A DNA stretch of 64,000 bases. It comes from Candidatus Latescibacterota bacterium. GTDB lineage: Bacteria; Latescibacterota; UBA2968; UBA8231. The position numbers and the translations under genes are program-made. This document shows positions 37,122 through 47,057 of this stretch, one piece after another; the first letter of the stretch is position 1, and every line of letters starts with the position of its first letter. The notes under the pieces are model-generated. The model was not told where the DNA came from and ran no database searches. It saw nothing but the letters and a program-made list of their open reading frames with translations. The stretch spans positions 1,344,001 through 1,408,000 of the forward strand of contig CBDCSU010000005.1 in assembly GCA_965221775.1 (NCBI GenBank), in the 5' to 3' direction.

Positions 37122-38561
37122 CTACTGCCCCCGCCCCGCGAACGCCTCCCCTCCGTCCTCCTCCCACCCCCCGCCCACCGGCCGCAGCTGCCCCGCCCCG
37201 GTCACCTCCCACCGCCGGCCGTCCCGCTCGCCGCCGGCGCCGTGGCGGCGGAACCAGTCCTCCAGCACGCCGTGCAGCTCGCGGCGGCGGGCGGCGTAGC
37301 CCGCGTCGTCGGCCAGGTTCACCCGCTCGCCCGGGTCCTCTTCTAGATGATAAAGCTCCGCGGGTAGCTCCTCGCCGCGGTCGACGTACTTCCACTCCTG
37401 GGTGCGGACCATGCGCGAGGCCCCGTACTCGGCGCAGCGGCTGCCGTCGACGACGACCGCCTCGCGGCCTTCCGTGCCGCCGCCCGCATCCGCTCCACCT
37501 CCCAGTAGCCCGGCGAAGCTGCGGCCCGAGCGGCCCCCTCCGCCGTCGTCCGGCTCCGGCAGTCCCGCGTGTTCCAGCAGGGTGGGGAAGAGGTCGCAGG
37601 CGCTGAACAGTCCGGGCTCGACCGCGCCCTGGGGCACGCGTCCGGGCTGGCTGACGAGGAAGGGCACGGTCACCGAGTTCTCGTACATGTTCAGGGGGAA
37701 GGTGCCGTTGCCCTTGCCCCAGAAGCCGTGGTGGCCGCAACTGAAGCCGTTGTCGCTGGCGAAGACGACCAGGGTCCGCTCGCGCACGCGCAAGGCCTCG
37801 AGCCGGTCGAGGAGACGCGCCACGTCGGCGTCCATGGCGGTGACGGCGGCGAAGTAGCCCTTGAGCATCTCGCGGTTGCCGAGGCAGCTCTCGGACAGGC
37901 CGTGGCCTTTCGCCCACTCGTGGATCGGCTCCTGGGGGCAACTGTCGAAGGGGCAGTCGTCGTACGAGTCGACGATCTGTTGGGGGTGGCCGGTCCACGG
38001 CGAGTGGGGCGCCGTGTAGTGGACGCCGAGGTAGAAGGGCGCGGCGCCGCCGGCGTGGGCGTCGAGGAAGGCGAGGGCGTCGTCGGTGATCAGGTTGGTC
38101 ACGTAGCCGTCCTCGGTCAGCAGCTGCCCGTCGCGAATCATGGGGGGGCGGTTGTAGTCGCCGCCGCCGAGCTGGTGGACGTACCAGTGCGAGAACCCGT
38201 GCTGCACGAGCTGGCTGTGGCCGAGGTGCCACTTGCCGGACAGGCCGACCTCGTACCCGTGGGCGGCGAGGACGTCGGTGTATGCCGTCTCGCCTTCGAG
38301 GTAGAGGGCCGCGTCGTCGCCGACGTTGCCCTCGCGGATCCAGTCGTGGACGCCGTGCTGCGACGGCATGCGCCCGGTGAGGAAGCTGGCGCGGCTCGGC
38401 GAGCAGACGGGCGAGGCGCAGAGGAAGTGCTCGAAGCGGACCCCGGTGGCGGCGATGCGGTCGAGGCCGGGGGTGCGGATCTCGTCGTTGCCGGAACACC
38501 CCAGGGCCCAGGGTCCCTGGTCGTCGGTGAGGATGAAGAGGATGTTGGGGCGCTCGGTCAT
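37122..38561 (-). CDS. Sulfatase (Cys-type FGly)
   Basis: RPNILFILTDDQG, CSPSRASFLTG, GKWHLG, FASDNG, GKGNGTFPLNMYE. Confidence 0.92.
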   Translation of the reverse strand: MTERPNILFILTDDQGPWALGCSGNDEIRTPGLDRIAATGVRFEHFLCASPVCSPSRASFLTGRMPSQHGVHDWIREGNVGDDAALYLEGETAYTDVLAAHGYEVGLSGKWHLGHSQLVQHGFSHWYVHQLGGGDYNRPPMIRDGQLLTEDGYVTNLITDDALAFLDAHAGGAAPFYLGVHYTAPHSPWTGHPQQIVDSYDDCPFDSCPQEPIHEWAKGHGLSESCLGNREMLKGYFAAVTAMDADVARLLDRLEALRVRERTLVVFASDNGFSCGHHGFWGKGNGTFPLNMYENSVTVPFLVSQPGRVPQGAVEPGLFSACDLFPTLLEHAGLPEPDDGGGGRSGRSFAGLLGGGADAGGGTEGREAVVVDGSRCAEYGASRMVRTQEWKYVDRGEELPAELYHLEEDPGERVNLADDAGYAARRRELHGVLEDWFRRHGAGGERDGRRWEVTGAGQLRPVGGGWEEDGGEAFAGRGQ

Positions 38562-38610
38562 GGAGATCACCTCACCGGTGCGGGGTAAAGCCGCGGCTTG
38601 CCGCCCTCCT

Positions 38611-39606
38611 TCAGCTCCAAGGCTCCACGGCGACGCGGGCGCCGCTGGCCGAGGACTCCCTCGCCGCGTCGGCCACGGCCTGCACCCGGTACCCGGTGAC
38701 GCCGTCGCAGACGGGCTCGCGGCCCTCGCGCGCGGCGTTCACGAAGTCCTCGATCATGGGCTGATCGAAGTACGGCGCCTGCAGCGGCTCAACGCCAACG
38801 GACTCCCGTCCCGAGGCGGTCTCCACCTCGATCGCCTCGCCGCCGTACTCCAGGCCGTCGATGACGATGCGGCCGTCGACGCCGTCGACCTGGGCGAAGT
38901 CGCGGCGCGGGTTGGAGGTGAGGATCGTCGAGTGGACGCCGGCGGTGCCGTCGGCGAAGCGCAGCAGCAGGGCGTCGGTGTCGTCCACCGGCCAGTCGTG
39001 GTGGACGGTGTCGAGGAGGCCGCAGACCTCCACCGGCTCGCTGCCGGCGAGGTTGAGGAGCACCTCGATGCGGTGGACGGCCATCTCCATCAGCGCCCCG
39101 CCTATGCCGGGCTGGATCTGCCAGGGCCCCGAGCCGAGACCGCCGCCGCCGCTGTAGTGGGTGCGGGTGAAGACCTTGGGGCCGATCTCGCCGGCCGCCA
39201 GCCGCCGCTTGGCCTCCAGCACCTGGGGGAAGACCCGGCGGCGGTAGGCGACGCCGAGGGCGACCCCGGCCTCGCGGCAGGCCTCCACCATGCGGCGGGC
39301 CTCGTGTCGGTCGCGGGCCATGGGCTTCTCGCAGAGGACGTGCCGGCCGGCGGCCGCGGCGGCGAGGGTGTGCTCGCAGTGGGTGTCGGTGGGGGTCGCC
39401 ACGATGACGGCCTCCACCGCGTCGTCGGCGAGGAGGCCGGCGGCGGAGTCGTACGCGGCGCAGCCGCCGAAGCGCGCGGCGAAGTCGCGGGCGCCGCCGG
39501 CGTCGCGGCGGCAGACGGCGGTCAGCTCGGTCTCGCGGGAGTTGAGCAGGCTGGGGGCGAAGGAGCTGGCGGCGATGGAGCCGCAGCCGATGATGCCGAA
39601 TCTCAT
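38611..39606 (-). CDS. Gfo/Idh/MocA family oxidoreductase
   Basis: FGIIGCGSIA, VATPTDTH, HVLCEKPMA, GGALMEMAVH. Confidence 0.9.
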   Translation of the reverse strand: MRFGIIGCGSIAASSFAPSLLNSRETELTAVCRRDAGGARDFAARFGGCAAYDSAAGLLADDAVEAVIVATPTDTHCEHTLAAAAAGRHVLCEKPMARDRHEARRMVEACREAGVALGVAYRRRVFPQVLEAKRRLAAGEIGPKVFTRTHYSGGGGLGSGPWQIQPGIGGALMEMAVHRIEVLLNLAGSEPVEVCGLLDTVHHDWPVDDTDALLLRFADGTAGVHSTILTSNPRRDFAQVDGVDGRIVIDGLEYGGEAIEVETASGRESVGVEPLQAPYFDQPMIEDFVNAAREGREPVCDGVTGYRVQAVADAARESSASGARVAVEPWS

Positions 39607-39816
39607 GGGGTGAGTTCCTCCGGAAGGGGTGGCCGCGCCCGGGCGGGCGGAGGCGCGGCGGGTGCTCGCCCGCTCATGCGGTCCCCGCCTCGGACAGGCC
39701 GAGGTCCGCGGCTGCCGGCAGACAACGTGCCGGCGCGGATCATGGCAGCTGAGCCCCCGGACGGTGGCGTGCGCTCCGGGGAGTGGAGGTGCGCGGCGTC
39801 CCGATGCCCGCCAAAC

Positions 39817-40662
39817 TCATGGTGCGCCCGCCTCGGACAGGCCGTCGGCGGTCCACACGAAGGATGGGCGCCAGCCGAAGGCGGCTTCCGCCCTGGCGCA
39901 GCTCATGGGGGAGATGCGCCAGGGCAGCTCCGCCCGGACCTGGGTCGCCGCGCCGAAGAGGCGCTCCACGAGGACGGAGGTGTCCTCGCTGGCGATGGTG
40001 CGGCGGCCCGTGAGGTTGTAGACCCCCGGCTCGACGTTGGCCGCCTCGACGGCGAGGGTGCAGGCGCGGGCGGCGTCGCGCACGTCGGTGCGGGTCCACA
40101 GCAGGCCCACGCCCGAGGCGGGATCGGCCTTCAGGGCCTCGATCTGCGGCGGGATCTCCTCGGGCCGGCGGATGCCCATGAAGCGGAAGGTCACCACCTC
40201 GAGGCCGTGGCGCTCGCTGAAGTACTCGCCCGCCTGCTCGCCGGCGATCTTGGCCAGGGAGTAGCTGTTCTGCGGGCGCAGGGGGTGGTCCTCGTCGACG
40301 GGGAGGTAGACGGGAGGACTGAGCTTGAAGCCGTAGACCTGGGCGCTGGAGGCGGTGACGACGCGGCGGATGCCGAGGTCGGCGCAGGCGCGCAGGACGT
40401 GGAAGACGCCGGCGCTGTTGGCGGTGTAGACCTCGGTGTCGGGGACGGAGCCGGACCAGGCGGCGAGGTGGACGACAGCGTCGGCGCCGGCCAGGCCCGA
40501 GTAGACGTGGCCGGCGTCGGTGAGGTCGGAGGCGAGGTGGCGGACGCCGGGACGGCCGCCGCGGCGCAGGTCGAGCCCCGTCACCTCGTGGCCGCGGCCG
40601 GCGAGATCGGCCACGACCGCGGCGCCGATGCGGCCGGCGCTGCCGGTGACGGCGACTCTCAC
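39817..40662 (-). CDS. NAD-dependent epimerase/dehydratase
   Basis: VAVTGSAGRIG, VVHLAA, ASSAQVYG, YSLAK (YxxxK). Confidence 0.9.
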   Translation of the reverse strand: MRVAVTGSAGRIGAAVVADLAGRGHEVTGLDLRRGGRPGVRHLASDLTDAGHVYSGLAGADAVVHLAAWSGSVPDTEVYTANSAGVFHVLRACADLGIRRVVTASSAQVYGFKLSPPVYLPVDEDHPLRPQNSYSLAKIAGEQAGEYFSERHGLEVVTFRFMGIRRPEEIPPQIEALKADPASGVGLLWTRTDVRDAARACTLAVEAANVEPGVYNLTGRRTIASEDTSVLVERLFGAATQVRAELPWRISPMSCARAEAAFGWRPSFVWTADGLSEAGAP

Positions 40663-40672
40663 GGGGCGCGCC

Positions 40673-41194
40673 TCAGGCGCCGGGCATGTCCGCCGCTTCC
40701 GGCGCCGGCGTGCGCTGGCTGAGTTCCTGGTCGAGCATAAAGAGGCCGGCGTTGCTGTCGGCCACCAGCTTCAGCCTCTGCAGCAGGTCGTAGGCGACGG
40801 CCTCCTCCTCGACCTGCTCGTTGACGAACCACTGCATGAAGGCGAGGGTGGCGTGGTCCGTCTCGCCCATGGCCAGGTCGCAGATCTGGTGGATGCGCCG
40901 GCTGTTGTCGCGCTCGCTCTCGAGGGCGGCCTCAAAGGCGCGGGTCGGGTTGTCCCACTCGCCCACCGGCTCGGCCAGGGGCAGCAGCTTCACGCGCCCC
41001 TCCCGGTCGATGATGAACTGGTAGATCTTCAGCGCGTGGGCGCGCTCCTCCTGGTACTGGATGCGCATCCAGTGGGCGAAACCCTTGAGGTCGATCGACT
41101 CGAAGTAGGCGGACTGCGCCAGGTACTGGTAGGCCGACTGCAGCTCGGCGTTCACCTGCTTGTTGAGGGCCCGCTCCATGGTCTCGCTCAGCAT
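40673..41194 (-). CDS. ftnA: Ferritin
   Basis: LNKQVNAELQSAYQY, QYQEERAHA, FMQWFVNEQVEEE. Confidence 0.92.
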   Translation of the reverse strand: MLSETMERALNKQVNAELQSAYQYLAQSAYFESIDLKGFAHWMRIQYQEERAHALKIYQFIIDREGRVKLLPLAEPVGEWDNPTRAFEAALESERDNSRRIHQICDLAMGETDHATLAFMQWFVNEQVEEEAVAYDLLQRLKLVADSNAGLFMLDQELSQRTPAPEAADMPGA

Positions 41195-41206
41195 CGGTTC
41201 ACCCTT

Positions 41207-42607
41207 TCAGCCTGCGCGCCGGACGCGCCTCGCGTAGTAGTCGGGCAGGTGCTCCTTGACCTGCTCCTCCAGCTCCTCGTCGGTGATGGCGCTCATGCGG
41301 CCGTGGACCTCGTACTGGTCCATCACCCAGCGCGCCACCTTGTGGACCTTGATCTTCGACAGCTTCTCGCCGCCCTCGAGGCCGAGGAAGTCGTTCACCC
41401 ACAGGGCGACGCCGTCGACGCCGGACTTGTCGGTGATCGCCACCCGCGGCGGCCGGTTGAAGAGGGCGGTGGTGTCGAAGATGTTGTAGATGCGCTCGTC
41501 GGCGCGCAGGCCGCCGGCGTGGATGCCGGCCCTCGTGGTGTTGAAGTCGCGGCCCACGAAGGGGTAGTTGGGGGCGATCTCGACGCCGATGGAGCGCATG
41601 TAGTCGGCCATCTCCTGGATCATCTGCGTGTCGATGCCGCAGAGGTCGCCGCGCAGGGCGACGTACTCGATCAGCGCCCCCTCCAGGGGCGGGTTGCCGG
41701 TGCGCTCGCCGAAGCCGAAGAGGGTGGTGTTGACGGCGTTGCAGCCGTACAGCCAGGCCGTGGCGCCGTTGACGTGGACCTTGTGGAAGTCGTTGTGGCC
41801 GTGCCACTCGAGGCACTCGTGCGGCATCCCCAGGTCGTGGGTCATGCGGTGGATCATCTTGGGGATCGACCGCGGCAGGGCCACGCCCGGGGAGGGCACG
41901 CCGAAGCCCATGGTGTCGCACAGGCGGATCTTCACGTGCAGGTCGGCCGGCACCTGCTCGGAGCGGCGCTTCAGCTCCGAGACGTAGGGCAGCACGAAGC
42001 CGTCGAAGTCGGCGCGGGTCACGTCCTCGAGATGGACCCGCGGCCGGATGCCCGCCTCCCAGGCGGCCTCGATGACCTCGATGTAGTCGTCGAAGGCTTT
42101 GCGGCGGTCCTTCTTGAGCTTGTAGAAGATGTGGTAGTCCGACGACGGCGTGAGCAGCCCCGTCTCCTTGACCTCCGCCTCCTTCACCAGCCGGAAGTCG
42201 CCCTTGTCGGCGCGGATCCACGAGGTGACCTCCGGATACTCGTGGCCGAGGGCGCGGCAGTCGTCGAGCGCCTTGCGGTCGTTGGCGGTGTAGAGGAAGA
42301 ACTCGGTCTGCCGGATCACCCCGTTGGGGCCGCCGAGGCGGGCCATCATGTCGAAGAGGGTGACCTGCTGCTCCACCGTGTACGGGGGCCGCGCCTGCTG
42401 CCCGTCGCGGAAGGTGGTGTCGGTGATCACCAGGTCCCGGGTCAGCATCTCGGCCGGGTCGAAGGTCACCACCTGCCCGTCGATCTCCTCGTGGATCGGA
42501 GCGTCGAACTCGATCTTCGGGGGCAGGGAATAGTCGAACATCTCGTCGAGCAGGTTCGGCTCCTCCACCTCCCTCAGCTCGAACCGGCCTGTCGTGGCCA
42601 CCGTCAT
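41207..42607 (-). CDS. Re-citrate synthase-like (DRE-TIM / IPMS family)
   Basis: VEEPNL..MFDY..PPKI, ITDTTFRDGQQARPPY, IRQTEFFLY, SDYHIF, HLEDVTRAD, LEWHGHNDF, GERTGN. Confidence 0.75.
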   Translation of the reverse strand: MTVATTGRFELREVEEPNLLDEMFDYSLPPKIEFDAPIHEEIDGQVVTFDPAEMLTRDLVITDTTFRDGQQARPPYTVEQQVTLFDMMARLGGPNGVIRQTEFFLYTANDRKALDDCRALGHEYPEVTSWIRADKGDFRLVKEAEVKETGLLTPSSDYHIFYKLKKDRRKAFDDYIEVIEAAWEAGIRPRVHLEDVTRADFDGFVLPYVSELKRRSEQVPADLHVKIRLCDTMGFGVPSPGVALPRSIPKMIHRMTHDLGMPHECLEWHGHNDFHKVHVNGATAWLYGCNAVNTTLFGFGERTGNPPLEGALIEYVALRGDLCGIDTQMIQEMADYMRSIGVEIAPNYPFVGRDFNTTRAGIHAGGLRADERIYNIFDTTALFNRPPRVAITDKSGVDGVALWVNDFLGLEGGEKLSKIKVHKVARWVMDQYEVHGRMSAITDEELEEQVKEHLPDYYARRVRRAG

Positions 42608-42624
42608 CTCTCCGCCTCCTGTCG

Positions 42625-42867
42625 CTAATCCAGATGTTTGCCGATGAAGTCGATGGCGCCGCCCACGGTCTGCACGGCGAGGGCGTCGTCCTCGTCCATC
42701 TCGATCTCGAACTCCTCCTCGAACCCGGCCATCAGCTCCACCGACTGCACCGACTCGGCGCCGAGGTCGGCGGTGAAGGAGTGGGATTCCTCGATGCGGC
42801 CCGCGTCGATCTTGAGCACGCTGGCGATCACTCCGTAGACCCTCTGCTTGACGTCGTCCCTGTCCAT
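42625..42867 (-). CDS. acpP: Acyl carrier protein
   Basis: FTADLGAESVQSVELMAGFEEEFEIEM...TVGGAIDFI. Confidence 0.85.
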   Translation of the reverse strand: MDRDDVKQRVYGVIASVLKIDAGRIEESHSFTADLGAESVQSVELMAGFEEEFEIEMDEDDALAVQTVGGAIDFIGKHLD

Positions 42868-42873
42868 GTTCCC

Positions 42874-43626
42874 CTATCTCGATGCGAGCTTGGACGCCGC
42901 GCCGGCGTCGATGATGAAGGTGCAGTCCGGGTGGTCCTGCAGCAGGCTGGCCGGGCAGTCCTCGGTGAAGGGGCCGTCCACGGCGGCGGCCACGGCGTCG
43001 GCCTTGTTGCCGCCCGTGGCCAGCAGGACGATGGAGCGGGCCTCGCGGATGGTGCCGATGCCGGCCGACAGGGCGCAGCGGGGCACCTCGGCCGGATCGG
43101 AGAAGAACCGGCCGTCGCTGTTGGCGTCGATCGTCTCTTGCGTGAGGCTGACGAGCCGGGTGCGCGAGTCGACGGGGCTGCCCGGCTCGTTGAAGGCGAT
43201 GTGGCCGTTGCCGCCGATGCCGAGGAGCCACAAGTCGACGCCGCCGGCCGCCAGGATCCTGTCCTCGAAGGAGCGGCACTCCAGCTCCGGGAACCGCGCC
43301 CGGCCGTTGAGGACGTGGGTGTTCCACGGCCGGATGTCGACGTGCCGGAAGAGGCGGTCGTTCATGAAGTGGCGGTAGCTCTGCTCGTGGTCGCCGCCGA
43401 GGCCCCAGTACTCGTCGAGGTTGAAGCTGGTGACGCCGGCGAAGCTGAGGCCCTCGTCGCGGTGCATGCGGGCCAGCTCGGCGTAAGTCGCCTCCGGGGT
43501 GGACCCGGTGGCCAGGCCGAGGACGGTCTCGGAACGCGAACGGATGACGCCGGCCAGGGCGGCCGCCGCCTTATGCGCCACGCCGTCCGCGTGGTCGCAG
43601 ATTTCGAGCTTGATGTTGCCGGACAT
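42874..43626 (-). CDS. nagB: Glucosamine-6-phosphate deaminase
   Basis: VLGLATGSTP, FNLDEY, LLGIGGNGHIAFNEPGS, CPASLLQDH. Confidence 0.95.
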   Translation of the reverse strand: MSGNIKLEICDHADGVAHKAAAALAGVIRSRSETVLGLATGSTPEATYAELARMHRDEGLSFAGVTSFNLDEYWGLGGDHEQSYRHFMNDRLFRHVDIRPWNTHVLNGRARFPELECRSFEDRILAAGGVDLWLLGIGGNGHIAFNEPGSPVDSRTRLVSLTQETIDANSDGRFFSDPAEVPRCALSAGIGTIREARSIVLLATGGNKADAVAAAVDGPFTEDCPASLLQDHPDCTFIIDAGAASKLASR

Positions 43627-43732
43627 TGGGGAGCAGGGGAATGGGGTTGGGGAGGGAATCGCTGTTTTGAAGGGCACGAATGTACGACAGGGCCGGAATC
43701 TGGTAAACCGCCGGCGCCCCCCGGGTGCGAGC

Positions 43733-43760
43733 TTGACACTCCCCCGAGGGCGGCTAGTTT
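43733..43760 (+). promoter_or_regulatory. Putative sigma-70 promoter
   Basis: TTGACA-N16-TAGTTT, 13 bp before the ATG at 43774. Confidence 0.45.
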
Positions 43761-43773
43761 GGCGCGCTCCGCC

Positions 43774-45717
43774 ATGAGCACTCACCTGCCCCTGACCGCC
43801 GAGGCGGTCTCCGCCCTCGAGACCCGCGGCTGCACCTGCCACGACTGGAGCCGCGTCCGCGTCTCCGCCGGCTTCGACCCCGCCCGCGTGCGCAACGTCC
43901 ACTTCGACGGCGATATCCGCCTGGGCGGCCTGGGCGGATCGGCGGCCGTCGAGGAAGGGGTGCCGCTGCCCGCCGGGCTGTCCGACGCCACCCTCGTCGA
44001 CTGCGAGATCGGCGACGACGTGCTGATCTCCGGCGTCGGCTGCCTCGCCCGCTACCGCGTGGAGGACGGCGCCGTGGTCACCGGCGTGGGCTCCGCCGTC
44101 ACGCGCCCGGGGGCCCGCTTCGGCAACGGCGTCGAGGCCAGCCCCGTCAACGAGGGCGGCGGCCGCGAGGTCACCCTCTACGCGGAGATGTCGAGCCAGT
44201 ACGCCTACCTGATGGCCATGCACCGGCACGGCGAAGGCCTGGTGGAGGGCCTGCGGCAGATCGCCGAGGGCTACGCCGAGGGGGCCGCCTCCGACCACGG
44301 GCGCATCGGCGCCGGGGCCCGGGTGGACCAGGTGGGCCGCATGATCGACGTGAACGTGGGACCCGCCGCCGAGGTGCTCGGCGCCGAGCGGCTGGGCAAC
44401 GGCACGATCCTGTCGGAGCCGGAGGCGCCGGCCCGGGTCGGCGCCGGCGTCTGCGCCGAGGACTTCATCATCGCCGAGGGCGCCGAGGTCGAGGACGGGG
44501 TGGTGCTGCACACCGCCTTCGTCGGCCAGGGGGTGCGGCTCGGCAAGCAGTTCTCGGCCGAGAACTCCCTGTTCTTCGCCAACTGCGAGGGCTTCCACGG
44601 CGAGGCCTGCTCGATCTTCGCCGGCCCCTACACCGTGACCCACCACAAGTCGACGCTGCTCATCGCCGGCGTCTATTCCTTCTACAACGCCGGCTCGGGG
44701 ACCAACCAGTCCAACCACATGTACAAGCTCGGGCCGGTGCACCAGGGCGTGATCCAGCGCGGCACCAAGAGCGGCTCGTTCTCGTACATGCGCTGGCCCA
44801 CCGTGGTCGGCCCGTTCTGCGTCATCCTCGGCAAGCACCTGGGCAACTTCGACATCGGCGACCTGCCCTTCTCCTACGTCACCGAGGAGGACGGCGAGTC
44901 CCTGTGCACGCCGGCGATGAACATGTTCACCGTGGGCACCGTGCGCGACGGCGACAAGTGGCCCACGCGGGACCGCCGCCAGGGCTCGGTGAAGCGCGAC
45001 CGGATCCGCTTCGAGGTCTTCAGCCCCTACACGGTGGGCAAGATGCTGCGCGGCGAGGCCCTGCTGAAGGAGCTGTACGAGGGCACCAGCCGGGAGGTGG
45101 AGCTGGTGCGCCACAAGGGCGTGGTGATCAAGCGCCTGCTGCTGCGCCGCAGCGCCCGCAACTACGCCGACGGCATCGACGCCTACCTGCGCGGCCGGGT
45201 CCTCGGGCGCGCCGCCGAGGCGCGCCGCTCCGGGGATGCCGAGGCCCTGCGGCGGGTCCTGTCCGCCGGCGACGGCGTGCACGGCGCCGACTGGACCGAC
45301 GTGGGGGGCCTGCTCATGCCCCGGGAGCGTCTGCGCCGCATCGAGGCCGCCGTCGCCGGCGGCGAGCTGGACTCCCCCGCGGCCCTGGACGCGGCCTTCG
45401 CCGAGGCCGCCGCCGCGTACGAGGCCGACGAGTGGGAGTGGGTGCGCGCCGTCTGGCGCGACCGCACCGGCACCTCGACGGAGGATCTCACGCCGGCCTG
45501 CCTCGACGAGATCGAGGCCGTCCACGCCAAGGCCACCGCCTCCTTCGTGCGCCGGATCCTGGCCGACGCCGAGAAGGAGTTCGATCCCATCGCCCGCTTC
45601 GGCTACGGCCTGGAGGGGGACGAGAGCGACCGCGACCGCGACTTCGCGGCGGTGCGCGGCGGCTTCGACGACAACTCCTTCGTGCGCCAGATGCGGGACC
45701 AGCTCGACGCCGACTGA
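43774..45717 (+). CDS. DUF4954-like left-handed beta-helix protein
   Basis: VNEGGGREV, FSAENSLFFANC, GEACSIFAGPYTVTHHKSTLLIAG, NAGSGTNQSNHMYKLGPVHQG. Confidence 0.8.
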   Translation: MSTHLPLTAEAVSALETRGCTCHDWSRVRVSAGFDPARVRNVHFDGDIRLGGLGGSAAVEEGVPLPAGLSDATLVDCEIGDDVLISGVGCLARYRVEDGAVVTGVGSAVTRPGARFGNGVEASPVNEGGGREVTLYAEMSSQYAYLMAMHRHGEGLVEGLRQIAEGYAEGAASDHGRIGAGARVDQVGRMIDVNVGPAAEVLGAERLGNGTILSEPEAPARVGAGVCAEDFIIAEGAEVEDGVVLHTAFVGQGVRLGKQFSAENSLFFANCEGFHGEACSIFAGPYTVTHHKSTLLIAGVYSFYNAGSGTNQSNHMYKLGPVHQGVIQRGTKSGSFSYMRWPTVVGPFCVILGKHLGNFDIGDLPFSYVTEEDGESLCTPAMNMFTVGTVRDGDKWPTRDRRQGSVKRDRIRFEVFSPYTVGKMLRGEALLKELYEGTSREVELVRHKGVVIKRLLLRRSARNYADGIDAYLRGRVLGRAAEARRSGDAEALRRVLSAGDGVHGADWTDVGGLLMPRERLRRIEAAVAGGELDSPAALDAAFAEAAAAYEADEWEWVRAVWRDRTGTSTEDLTPACLDEIEAVHAKATASFVRRILADAEKEFDPIARFGYGLEGDESDRDRDFAAVRGGFDDNSFVRQMRDQLDAD

Positions 45718-45746
45718 CCCTCCCGCCCCACCGCCCGGGGCCGGAC

Positions 45747-46814
45747 TCAGCCGGTGCGCAGCGGCTTGGGCCGGTAGTGCCCGGGATCGATGTCGAGCTG
45801 CTCCAGCCGCGTGTAGAGGTACTTCCGCGACAAGCCGATGGCGTCGGCCACGTGGGTGATGACGCCGTTGTGCCGCCGCAGGGCGTGGCTCAGGAATCGG
45901 CGGTCGAACCACTCCCGCGCCTCCCGGTAGCTCACCTCCCCCAGGTCCTCCAGCGCCTCCGCCGCCCGCCCCTGGCGCCAGGCGGACACCTCCACGGGCA
46001 CGTCCGCCGCCGTCAGCCGCGCCCCCCGGGACATGACCACCATGCGCTCGAGGGTGTTCTCCAGCTCGCGGATGTTGCCGGGCCACGGGTAGTCGACCAG
46101 CAGTTTCACGGCCTCGTCGTCGATCTCCCGCGGGAACCGCGGCGGCGCCCCGGGGCGCCGCCGCCGCAGGAAGAACTCCACCAGGAGGGGCACGTCCTCG
46201 CGGCGGTCCCGCAGGGGCGGCAGCTCGACGGGGATCACGTGGAGCCGGTAGAACAGGTCTTCGCGGAACCGCCCCTGGCGCACCTCGGCGGCCAGGTCGA
46301 CGTTGGTGGCGGCCACCACGCGGACGTCGGCGACCATGGTGTGATCGCCGCCGACGCGCTCGTAGCGCCGCTCCTGCAGCACCCGCAGCAGCCGCAGCTG
46401 GACGCGCGGGTCGGCGGCGCCCACCTCGTCGAGGAACATCGTCCCGCCGCGGGCCTGCTCCAGGCGGCCGGGGCGCTGGCGGACGGCGCCGGTGAACGCC
46501 CCCTTCTCATGGCCGAACAACTCCGACTCCAGAACGCCCTCGGGCAGGGCCGCGCAGTTGACCTCCACGAAGGGGCCGCCCGAGCGCGGGCTGCGGTCAT
46601 GCAGGACGCGGGCGAGCACCCCCTTGCCGGTGCCGCTCTCCCCCTGCAGCAGGACCGTCGCCTCGGCGTCGGCCACGCGCAGCACCTGCACCAGGACGCT
46701 GCGCATGCTGGCGCTCTCCGACGCCAGCAGCGGGTCGCTGGGGCGGCGTTGCACCGGGACGGGGTTGGCGTGGACCTTGACCGGGGGTTCCCGGTGGGTG
46801 GGGGGGCGCTGCAT
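45747..46814 (-). CDS. Sigma-54 activator (AAA+ + HTH, no sensory domain)
   Basis: GESGTGK, ESELFGHEKGAFTGA, FLDEVG, RFREDLFYRL, WPGNIREL, Fis-type HTH; start approximate. Confidence 0.88.
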   Translation of the reverse strand: MQRPPTHREPPVKVHANPVPVQRRPSDPLLASESASMRSVLVQVLRVADAEATVLLQGESGTGKGVLARVLHDRSPRSGGPFVEVNCAALPEGVLESELFGHEKGAFTGAVRQRPGRLEQARGGTMFLDEVGAADPRVQLRLLRVLQERRYERVGGDHTMVADVRVVAATNVDLAAEVRQGRFREDLFYRLHVIPVELPPLRDRREDVPLLVEFFLRRRRPGAPPRFPREIDDEAVKLLVDYPWPGNIRELENTLERMVVMSRGARLTAADVPVEVSAWRQGRAAEALEDLGEVSYREAREWFDRRFLSHALRRHNGVITHVADAIGLSRKYLYTRLEQLDIDPGHYRPKPLRTG

Positions 46815-46931
46815 GGGCAGGCTCTCCGTCGCCGTTCGAGTTTTGCCGTGGTCGTGAAGCGAGAGCGCATCCGCAGCGAGTTCCGTGCCCTCGCGCCCGC
46901 ACGGCGGTCTCTCGGGGGGACTGCCGCCGAT

Positions 46932-46962
46932 CCGGTACCGGGGCGATGGATACCGGTACCGG
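46932..46962. promoter_or_regulatory. Two CCGGTACCGG palindromes 21 bp apart
   Basis: Perfect 10-bp palindromes at 46932-46941 and 46953-46962, between the divergent activator genes. Confidence 0.5.
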
Positions 46963-47057
46963 CCGTCACCAGGCGGCCTGCGCGGTGCGGTTTCCGGGCG
47001 GCGCGCGGACTGGAACGTTTGCTTGAATCCCCCTGCGGCAGGGGCATACTTCAACAC

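Noticed and set aside
47010-47028. Sigma-54 promoter TGGAACG...TTGAA
   Set aside because: Spacing is off by one and the -12 GC is absent.
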